The notes under the pieces: model-generated
The model's input: only the letters and a program-made list of their open reading frames with translations
Databases searched by the model: none
What the model was told of the DNA's origin: nothing
In this document: piece after piece, positions 25,359 to 32,122 of the stretch
How positions within the stretch are numbered: the first letter of the stretch is position 1
How the letters are laid out: each line of letters opens with the position of its first letter
Source of the DNA: a virus
Taxonomy: Duplodnaviria > Caudoviricetes
Virus record (IMG/VR): IMGVR_UViG_3300038674_000026
Coordinates: 1-32,122 of that record
Direction: 5' to 3' (one strand)
Length of the DNA: 32,122 nucleotides
Translations under genes and position numbers: made by a program

Positions 25359-25973
25359 TCAGCTTTCATACGGGCTCGGCAGCGACCAATCGTAGTACCT
25401 GCAATTTGGGTCACTGTGCCGCCATGTCGTCCTGAATGCGTTGTGTCCGTGTCCGTCGCTGCAAAAGTATGTATACTCCGGCGGCAGCGTGCGCCCTACG
25501 TCCTGCACTCCGATACTTTCCAGCCGCCAGCGGATCAGCACATCACGCGCAAGATCGTACAGCTCGTCCCATACGGGGTTGTATCGGCTATAACCGTGGA
25601 ATTGTCCCGGCGTGACGACCTCAGCCAACGTATCGCCCCAGCCGTCCGCATCCACGCGGTTAATGGCGCACCAGCAGCAGTTGGCTTTTTGTTGCTCCGC
25701 GTCGATCACCCGTCCGTCCGGCAGCGTCCAGTCTTTGACGCCCCGGCACTCGCCGTACATCATCCGGGCCAACAGTACGATCTCGTCCTCAGGCGGGTTG
25801 TAGCAATATTCAATCAGCGCCCGCAGGTCTCCCGCGTTGCGCTCTTCGCGCTCGTTCGGCGCGGCGTAGGCCATCATGACAGATGCGCCGAACGCCAAAA
25901 GGATCATCACCATTGCGAGGGCGAATGTGACTTTCAGCGCGATATCTATGGGCTCTTTACGTTTTTTCTTCAT
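25359..25973 (-). CDS. SleB / Hydrolase_2-like cell wall hydrolase with N-terminal membrane anchor
   Basis: Basic plus hydrophobic N-terminus; LLARMMYGECRG, INRV, VVTPGQFHGY, YF and HNAF. Confidence 0.78.
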   Translation of the reverse strand: MKKKRKEPIDIALKVTFALAMVMILLAFGASVMMAYAAPNEREERNAGDLRALIEYCYNPPEDEIVLLARMMYGECRGVKDWTLPDGRVIDAEQQKANCCWCAINRVDADGWGDTLAEVVTPGQFHGYSRYNPVWDELYDLARDVLIRWRLESIGVQDVGRTLPPEYTYFCSDGHGHNAFRTTWRHSDPNCRYYDWSLPSPYES

Positions 25974-26818
25974 AGTTTTAACCTCCAGTTTTTCCCGTCG
26001 CCCTCAAGATCAATGCAATATCCTCTGCTTCGCTCGGCAATCCGGCTGCCTACTGCCTGATCGATATTCAGCAGCTCCTGGCATGTCCGTTCAGAGCTGA
26101 TCAGTGTTATCAGCTTCCTGTCGATGTACCGGGCGTTTATAATCTCGAAAGCAAGGTTGATGTCTGCCTGTGTGGGTTGTTCGTACCGTCCGGTATCGTC
26201 GTTGATTCTGGTTTTCCAGAAATCGTCGATATACAGAACGCGCACGGTTTGAAGGGGGCGTATCAGTCTCCCGTATTCCTCGTCAGCGTTGACGGCCGCT
26301 TTAAGCTGCCTGGCTTCATCCTTCCAGAGCATGTAGCGCGTGTCGTATCCGGTGTTGATCAAATCGCAGCATATGGCCGTGCACAGGTGCGTCTTCCCGG
26401 AGCCTACAGCGCCGAGTGCCGCGAACCAGCTGCCGGCCGGATCGGCTGCAAACTTACGCGCCAATTCCTTGGCTTTTCGTTGCCAGGTCTCCGGCGTTTT
26501 GTAATTGTCGAAGGTGCACTTGGATATCAGGTCCTTTAGGCCGCTGCGCTCAATCCTCCAGAGGGCCCGCCGCTTTGACATGCACGCGCATTCCCTGACA
26601 ACGATAGCGCCGTTCCGGATAAAAGGGATGTCTCCACGGTTAAGGCATGTAAGGCAATCGTACCCTTCCAAAAGGCCGGGTGTTTCGCTTAGCCATTTCA
26701 ACTGCATTTGAAGGAACGCTTCCGGATCGGGCGGCTCAGAGTTTTGTGACTCCTGGGACATCCCATGTTTTCTTATCAGATCCTGAAGATTTCCCGCTAC
26801 CGGTTCCAGCTCGTCCAT
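25970..26818 (-). CDS. DnaC / IstB-like AAA+ helicase loader
   Basis: CLTC..CAC zinc site, TFDNY, GAVGSGKTHL, VLYIDD and SRIAE. Confidence 0.9.
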   Translation of the reverse strand: MDELEPVAGNLQDLIRKHGMSQESQNSEPPDPEAFLQMQLKWLSETPGLLEGYDCLTCLNRGDIPFIRNGAIVVRECACMSKRRALWRIERSGLKDLISKCTFDNYKTPETWQRKAKELARKFAADPAGSWFAALGAVGSGKTHLCTAICCDLINTGYDTRYMLWKDEARQLKAAVNADEEYGRLIRPLQTVRVLYIDDFWKTRINDDTGRYEQPTQADINLAFEIINARYIDRKLITLISSERTCQELLNIDQAVGSRIAERSRGYCIDLEGDGKNWRLKL

Positions 26819-27650
26819 TACCTCTCTCCTTATTCTCTTGATGCCTGGATTCCCGCTCCATCACATCTGCCAGTGTTTTTACGCCGTCAGCCTTATATCC
26901 TTTCAGGACGCCTTTGATATAGCTCCAATAGGGCTTTTTATCAGCGGTGGCAATATCGATGGCGCGAATGATGGCATCGGCTTCTATTTCTTCGGCATAG
27001 TCTTTCATTTCTTCTATGACCATGCCGTTAGGTATAGGCTGTACTTTGTCCATGTAGTAGCTCAGGGCGCGTGTCATGTTTTCGCTCATCCGGTACGGAT
27101 TCGGTTGTTCTCCCGAAGGGTTGCCGCCGCCTGCGCCGGGTGCCGCGCTACCTTCCTCTTCTCTACTCTTCTCTTCTCTACTCTTCTCTACTCTACTCTG
27201 TGTTTGATTGTCAGCATTTTCAGAATGAATGTTGACATTTTCGTATGTAATGTTTACTTTCTTGCAAATTTGAGCAGGGTCGACCAAGAGGTACTGTTTT
27301 ATGACAGTGAACTCGTTACGTCTTTTGATGGCCTCGAAGTATCTTTTTTGTATCCCTCTGGATGTGATGATGCGATACTTCTCAAAAAGACGACTGTCAA
27401 AAATACCTCTTTTGATGGCGGCAGACAATATTTCTGAAACGGCATTACCACCCATTCCAACCCTCTTCGCGAACAGTAATGCAACCTCATTTGTCCATTC
27501 ACAGTAGTAACCTTCGCCGCCGAAGATCCGTTGGAACAGCTTGACGACTACCGCAAACCCATCCAGCCCGAACTCTGCCTCCATCAACTCAAACTTCTCG
27601 TCAAGTGAAACATCAAGCGGAAACCAGTCTATTCCGCTTTTCAACTGCAT
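26736..27650 (-). CDS. Phage replication initiator (DUF4373-like N-terminus, DnaD-like C-terminus)
   Basis: GIDWFPLDV, EAEFGLDG, GYYCEW, ITSRGIQKRY and WSYIKGVLKGYKADGVKTL. Confidence 0.87.
   Translation of the reverse strand: MQLKSGIDWFPLDVSLDEKFELMEAEFGLDGFAVVVKLFQRIFGGEGYYCEWTNEVALLFAKRVGMGGNAVSEILSAAIKRGIFDSRLFEKYRIITSRGIQKRYFEAIKRRNEFTVIKQYLLVDPAQICKKVNITYENVNIHSENADNQTQSRVEKSREEKSREEEGSAAPGAGGGNPSGEQPNPYRMSENMTRALSYYMDKVQPIPNGMVIEEMKDYAEEIEADAIIRAIDIATADKKPYWSYIKGVLKGYKADGVKTLADVMERESRHQENKERGNGRAGTGSGKSSGSDKKTWDVPGVTKL
27156..27263. promoter_or_regulatory. Putative replication origin within initiator 1
   Basis: Pentamer tract (CTCTT/CTCTA)n at 27156-27199 and three related 15-mers at 21-bp spacing (27207, 27228, 27249). 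Confidence 0.55.
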
Positions 27651-27701
27651 CCCTCCTTTGGGGGATCGGGCCGCCGCCGCAGCTCAACGGCCCCGTATCG
27701 C

Positions 27702-27920
27702 TTATTCCGCCAGTGTTATGTCTATGTAGTATTCCTTGCCGGGCTCAATCGCCTCCGCCACGGCCGGGTTGACCGTGTAAAGCGTAAGAGAGCCGCCCGG
27801 CGTAAATTTGAAAAACTGCTCATTCTCAGCGCTGCCGTCGACAACGGCGCTCATGATTAAATTGAAACCTTCGCCGGTGTCTTCCTTGTCATCGCATATG
27901 AATTTCGCTCTTACTTTCAT
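27702..27920 (-). CDS. Small phage hypothetical protein
   Basis: AGGAGG RBS; VRAKF..ENEQFFKFTPGG..NP..PGKEYYIDI resembles a recurrent phage family. Confidence 0.8.
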   Translation of the reverse strand: MKVRAKFICDDKEDTGEGFNLIMSAVVDGSAENEQFFKFTPGGSLTLYTVNPAVAEAIEPGKEYYIDITLAE

Positions 27921-28003
27921 AAAGACCTCCTACCATTTTGTTGGCTTCACCAATATAGTGCGTTACGCGCTCCCTGGCTGCTGCGGAAACCGTACGGGAA
28001 CTT

Positions 28004-28948
28004 TCAGGGGTTTTGAGTTTCGGCGCCGGCGAAAAACGTGTCCTGCGCGTCTTGGGTGTCTGGAGGTGATATGCTCGCATCGTCGACAGGCTCCGCTTCA
28101 CCTGCGGTATCGTCGTCTGTGACAACGGCATCGGTTGATTCAATAACCTCGCCGCTGACAAACTCTACGCTCCCGTCATCCTGAACAAGGCCGCCGTCCG
28201 ACCTAAACGCGCTTTCCATCTCGATGGACATAATGCCCCATTTGCTTATAAGCTGACGGAGCATCGTTTTATAAGCCATGCCGTCAAAGTCGCTGTACCA
28301 GTACGAGGAATATTTCCAGAGCTCGTCTTTGGGAATTTTCCCTTCCTGTAGCTTTCGGTACGCAGACATGCTGAACGCCTTGCTGTACTTGTCGGCGTGT
28401 GCCTCCATCTTCGCGCGGCTCCAGTACAAAGCCTTAACGAAGCCGTTTTGATACTCGAACATTGCGTAGTAGCCGATCGTCGGCTTGGCTTCGCGCTCCA
28501 CTTCGTCTTCGATCAGATTGACCTGGATTTCTTCAGTAAGAGGATCGTATCGGACAAGCTCGCCCTCCTTGATGGCGAGGACGTTGATCTTTTTGTAATA
28601 CCCGGACCGTATGGCCAGCTGTATGTATCCCTTGTAGCCTAGGATGAACGTCGCCACGGTGCGCTTGTTCTTGTTGTCCTTGAATGGAACCATGTAATAC
28701 TGGCCGAGCTGCGGGGACGGAGAAAGCTTCAAGCTCTCACCGAGCAAGGCCGCCGAGACGATGGACGAATAGTCGCACTCCGCAAGCGCGGGATTAACGG
28801 AGACGGCCGATATAATAGCCGTGATGAATCTGGGACCGTCCTTGCTGCCGACCATCTGATTAATGCGGCCGCGCATTGCGTCGCCGGATATGAATGTGCT
28901 GAAAGTCAACTTGCTCTGTTTCTTTGCGAGACTATTTTGTACCGCCAT
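28004..28948 (-). CDS. recT: RecT-family single-strand annealing recombinase
   Basis: LSPSPQLGQYYMVPF, LGYKGYIQLAIRSG, IGYYA and FDGMAYKTMLRQL. Confidence 0.93.
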   Translation of the reverse strand: MAVQNSLAKKQSKLTFSTFISGDAMRGRINQMVGSKDGPRFITAIISAVSVNPALAECDYSSIVSAALLGESLKLSPSPQLGQYYMVPFKDNKNKRTVATFILGYKGYIQLAIRSGYYKKINVLAIKEGELVRYDPLTEEIQVNLIEDEVEREAKPTIGYYAMFEYQNGFVKALYWSRAKMEAHADKYSKAFSMSAYRKLQEGKIPKDELWKYSSYWYSDFDGMAYKTMLRQLISKWGIMSIEMESAFRSDGGLVQDDGSVEFVSGEVIESTDAVVTDDDTAGEAEPVDDASISPPDTQDAQDTFFAGAETQNP

Positions 28949-28950
28949 GA

Positions 28951-29799
28951 TTACGCTCCTTCCGGCACACGGCCGAATTTGATATTGTTGAGCTTGAGAT
29001 ATGCTTTCAGCCCGTTAAGTTGCGCGCTCGTCGCCCAGACGCGAAAGTCAATCTCATGGACCGTTTCCTCTGTCGGCGCAAATTGCACCCTGTCGCCGGG
29101 TTTCAAATCTTTGAAGTCAACGCCTCCCGGCCCGATAACCTTCGGCTCTTCAGTTTTCTTGGCTTCAAATTCGGCCAGCTTTGCCTTTTGCTGTTCAAGG
29201 CGCGTTTTTTCGTTGAGCGCCGCCGACAGGTCGAGGGTCCGCAGGTACGCATCTTTGATCTGCAGCTCAAACTCGCTGCCGAGTTCAGCGATTGTCTGAA
29301 GGTCACTTTCGACGCGCGTTATGGATGCGTCGATACTGTCTGTGATGTCCTTCATCTTGAACGTGGCGTTGAGCCATTTGTCGTTAAAGATGCGCTCTAA
29401 CGGAAGCAGGTCAGCAAGTTCCCTGACGTGATCGTTGTAATATTCGAAAATAGCCGCGCGTTTTTCGTCCTTCTTGGTCTGCTCGTATGATTTAACCTGT
29501 CCGTCGATTGCCATGATCGGCGCGTCGATCAGCGCCAGGACCTCCTTAACCTGCTTCTCAAACGCCTCATAAGGCTCCATACATTGGCGCTTGACTTCTT
29601 TGCGCTTTTCGTCTATGACCGTCCTGAGCTTGTTAAGTTTTGCCCGAATGTCCTTCGCTTCTCCGATGTTGTTGTCTGTGAAGACAAGGCCCTGATATTC
29701 GGAGAGCCTTGCCGTCAACTCGTGCTTCAGCTCGTCGAAGTTGAAGTTGATCGGCATGGCGTAAACGCCGTCCTTCGGCGATAGAATTTTAAATTCCAA
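28951..29799 (-). CDS. DUF1351 family coiled-coil protein
   Basis: FNFDELK, AKDIRAKLNK, PYEAFE and KWLNAT; lies between the YqaJ gene and recT; TTG start. Confidence 0.85.
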   Translation of the reverse strand: MEFKILSPKDGVYAMPINFNFDELKHELTARLSEYQGLVFTDNNIGEAKDIRAKLNKLRTVIDEKRKEVKRQCMEPYEAFEKQVKEVLALIDAPIMAIDGQVKSYEQTKKDEKRAAIFEYYNDHVRELADLLPLERIFNDKWLNATFKMKDITDSIDASITRVESDLQTIAELGSEFELQIKDAYLRTLDLSAALNEKTRLEQQKAKLAEFEAKKTEEPKVIGPGGVDFKDLKPGDRVQFAPTEETVHEIDFRVWATSAQLNGLKAYLKLNNIKFGRVPEGA

Positions 29800-29814
29800 G
29801 TATAGTCTCCCTTC

Positions 29815-30447
29815 CTAAATCGGCGGCAGGATAAGGTCCGGCCGTATGTCATCTTGTACGCAGCGCCAGAATTCAATTTCTTTCGGAAGCAGGAAGTCGA
29901 TGTCGTCCCGGACCTCTGACCGCTCGATAAAATAATGCTTAGTATTAAGCCGGACCTCGCCGTCATAGACGGTCTTGAGCTGCGCCTTAAGGACAGCAAA
30001 GTCCCAGCCAGTTACTAACAGTTGATGGATGATCTGGATGTAATAATTCTCGGGGATCTGTTCGCGCCAGCTTTCATATTGCATGGACTTGAGGATCTCG
30101 GTCGTCTTGATTTCCAAAACGCCGCGGCGTTTTGTCGTAATCTCTGTCAGGCGGCCGTCGAGCGTTGCAAAGATAAACGGATAGTCCTTGTTGAAGTGCA
30201 TGTCAAAACGGTTATACCCGACTCTGTATTGCGGATAATCCAGAGCAAACAGCTTGCGAAGCGGCCCTTCGGCGTCGAGTCCATATTTGACATATGGCTT
30301 GTCCGATATGTCGGGAGCTTCGCGACGGCCGGTCTTTTCCTGCCACAATTCTACGTTGGTCTTGTACGGGTTGCAGCCAACAACTGCCGATGCGTCGCTG
30401 GCGCCGATTCCGAGTTTTCTAAGTTCGAGCCATCTGTCGCGAGTCAT
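29815..30447 (-). CDS. YqaJ-like viral exonuclease
   Basis: WLELRKLGIGASDA, ATLDG, LEIKT and PENYYIQIIHQL; likely start MTRDR at 30447 after GGAGG. Confidence 0.92.
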   Translation of the reverse strand: MTRDRWLELRKLGIGASDASAVVGCNPYKTNVELWQEKTGRREAPDISDKPYVKYGLDAEGPLRKLFALDYPQYRVGYNRFDMHFNKDYPFIFATLDGRLTEITTKRRGVLEIKTTEILKSMQYESWREQIPENYYIQIIHQLLVTGWDFAVLKAQLKTVYDGEVRLNTKHYFIERSEVRDDIDFLLPKEIEFWRCVQDDIRPDLILPPI

Positions 30448-30949
30448 TTCCGCCAAACCTCCCGCCCGCGGTTGTTCTCCTTGTATTTTGTTGCTGTTCT
30501 TTTGCCGTCGCCCAGCGACAATTGTCTGGAGAATATCCATAGTCGTTATTTATTCGCTCAATCGTGCATTGGCCGCGTTCGGCCGCTGGATTGTATCCAG
30601 CCTTAACGGCCCATTTTTGAAACGCCGAAAAGCTCTCATTCCATTCTCTGCAAACGGTTATTCCGCGACCGCCATAGTTTTTATAGGCTTCATGATTTGG
30701 ATTAAAGCAACGCTCTTTCATGTGGACCCAGACGCCGTACAACCTCGAGTAACTTCCGCCGTGACTTATGGATTTTCCTCTTTGACATCCGCAGGCTTTT
30801 GTTTCTCCAGAGCGCAACTTTCTTCCTTCGATTTCTTTAACATTGCCACAGTCGCATTTGCAAATCCAAACGGCGTGACCACTTTTCGTTGTTTTTGAGT
30901 ATCTTTCCACAGAAAGCATCCCAAACCTTTTGCCAGTAAGATCAATCAC
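30419..30949 (-). mobile_element. Free-standing HNH-type homing endonuclease-like gene
   Basis: DLTGKRFGML, WICKCDCG, MKERC, YGGRGITVC.EW and TIERINNDYGYSPDNCRWAT..EQ..N; AT-richer than the flanks. Confidence 0.82.
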
Positions 30950-31281
30950 AGCTCGCTTACCGCCTCGTAGAAGAAGTCAGACTGGTCAGCCTGGGCGCGG
31001 GTGCTTTGCTGGTTGTGAGCTTCGGCCGGACGTGGTGCCGCCTCAAGATCGGCGGCGGTGATGGTCCGCATATCCTTCGCCCACCGCATGTCAATCGCGC
31101 CCTCGGACAGGTTTATCTTGCTGACCCTCGCGTTGGTATGGCCGAACTTCGTCGGCACGGTTATGATCTGTCCCGGTTCGACCGCAAGACCGGCGTCAAG
31201 GTAGTACGTATATTCCATCTTGCAGAATTCGCCCTCGCGGTATTTGTCCGGGAACTGGACTTTAATAATGGTTTTGTTCAT
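30946..31281 (-). CDS. Hypothetical protein
   Basis: AGGAGG RBS; EYTY..VEPGQIITVPT beta-rich domain. Confidence 0.7.
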   Translation of the reverse strand: MNKTIIKVQFPDKYREGEFCKMEYTYYLDAGLAVEPGQIITVPTKFGHTNARVSKINLSEGAIDMRWAKDMRTITAADLEAAPRPAEAHNQQSTRAQADQSDFFYEAVSEL

Positions 31282-31290
31282 AGCGCCCTC

Positions 31291-31665
31291 CTAAACCGGC
31301 CGCGCGTCGTTGACCTGGTCCGCGCAAACATGACAAACGCAGCCGGCAGCAATGCGGACGAATGGACCGACCGCACTGCCGCAGGCTACGCAGCGTTCAA
31401 GACTTGAGGGTAACAGCAGCCCGTGATTGTCAACGAGCATCATCAGGAAGTTTGCCGCGTCGGCGGTATGTAACTCGATCATGCGGGGAGTATGCGCGTC
31501 TGACAACGCACCTGTGACGGTATGCATGTTTTTGAGCGCGCCGCTGAGCAAGTACATATCCGAGCATTCTTCCCAGCCGCCGCGATGATCGTTTTGCCGC
31601 AGACGCGCCTCCATGTTTTGCGCAAAGGCCAGCACTTCCGGCCTAAGTTCCAACGGTGTATTCAA
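31291..31665 (-). CDS. Hypothetical protein, possibly MazG-like helical fold with degenerate acidic motifs
   Basis: FAQNMEARLRQNDHRGGW..ADAANFLMMLVD plus a C-terminal CVAC..CHVC. Confidence 0.6.
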   Translation of the reverse strand: MNTPLELRPEVLAFAQNMEARLRQNDHRGGWEECSDMYLLSGALKNMHTVTGALSDAHTPRMIELHTADAANFLMMLVDNHGLLLPSSLERCVACGSAVGPFVRIAAGCVCHVCADQVNDARPV

Positions 31666-31699
31666 TGGGGTTTCTCCCTTCTGTGTAGTGTGTCGCGGT

Positions 31700-32104
31700 C
31701 TATGCCGCCCTCCGTTTCGCCCTGGCCTTTGTGCGACGTTTTATGTACCCGTCGATCAGATCTTCCACGACTTTTGACATGTACGGCGCGGCTTTGTACT
31801 TCGGGTCGCTTCGGATACATTGTTCAAATAACTCTGCGCGCTCGTCAGAGAGCCGACAGCCTGCCCGACGAGTAAACCGGTGTCCGGAGCTTGCGCGTCT
31901 CCTGCGCGGTCGTATGGCCTCGTAGCCGAAATGGTCAGCAAGCCTCTCCTTCGCCTCGTCGATCAGCGTGCCGCCGTAAATTTGGGGGCGTTTTAGCATG
32001 GACAAAAAGGCTTTCGTGATGCCGGGATAGTGCTGCCTGAGGAAGTCGACGATCTCGCTATCAGGGACGCCGGGGATCAGCGGATTCGCGTTAGGTCTGG
32101 CCAT
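31700..32104 (-). CDS. Hypothetical basic protein, possibly DNA-binding
   Basis: GGAGG RBS; 134 aa, Arg/Lys-rich. Confidence 0.65.
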   Translation of the reverse strand: MARPNANPLIPGVPDSEIVDFLRQHYPGITKAFLSMLKRPQIYGGTLIDEAKERLADHFGYEAIRPRRRRASSGHRFTRRAGCRLSDERAELFEQCIRSDPKYKAAPYMSKVVEDLIDGYIKRRTKARAKRRAA

Positions 32105-32122
32105 GGGGGACCTCCGGGGGCG

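Noticed and set aside
1-32122. Diversity-generating retroelement, retron, tRNA, integrase/att or lysis cassette
   Set aside because: No reverse transcriptase, adenine-variant repeat pair, cloverleaf, site-specific recombinase or holin/endolysin was recognised; these may lie outside the window.

Overview
The window is a contiguous piece of a tailed phage or prophage genome. Every credible gene is on the minus strand. Gene families and RBS style suggest a fairly GC-rich Firmicutes/Clostridia-type host (inference). In transcription order (right to left) it contains: a recombination module (free-standing HNH-type endonuclease, YqaJ exonuclease, DUF1351, RecT); a first replication module (DUF4373/DnaD-type initiator, DnaC-like loader, RusA); a scar of fused helicase and C5-methyltransferase fragments; a second replication module (initiator, DnaB helicase, second resolvase); a mosaic accessory block with a perfect 52-bp direct repeat, a radical SAM gene, DUF3850 and DUF5131; a late regulator with promoter and terminator; a lambda-like cosQ-cosN site; and a lambda-type head module (TerS, gpA TerL, inserted GIY-YIG endonuclease, gpW, portal, protease, capsid) joined to a contractile-tail module (sheath, tube, frameshifted chaperone, tape measure running off the left edge). 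No integrase, lysis genes, tRNA or CRISPR array are visible. The least explained features are the cassette-like junctions at 17.2-19.0 kb, the doubled replication apparatus, and the lambda-spaced cos site. All family calls come from motif recognition by eye, not database searches.
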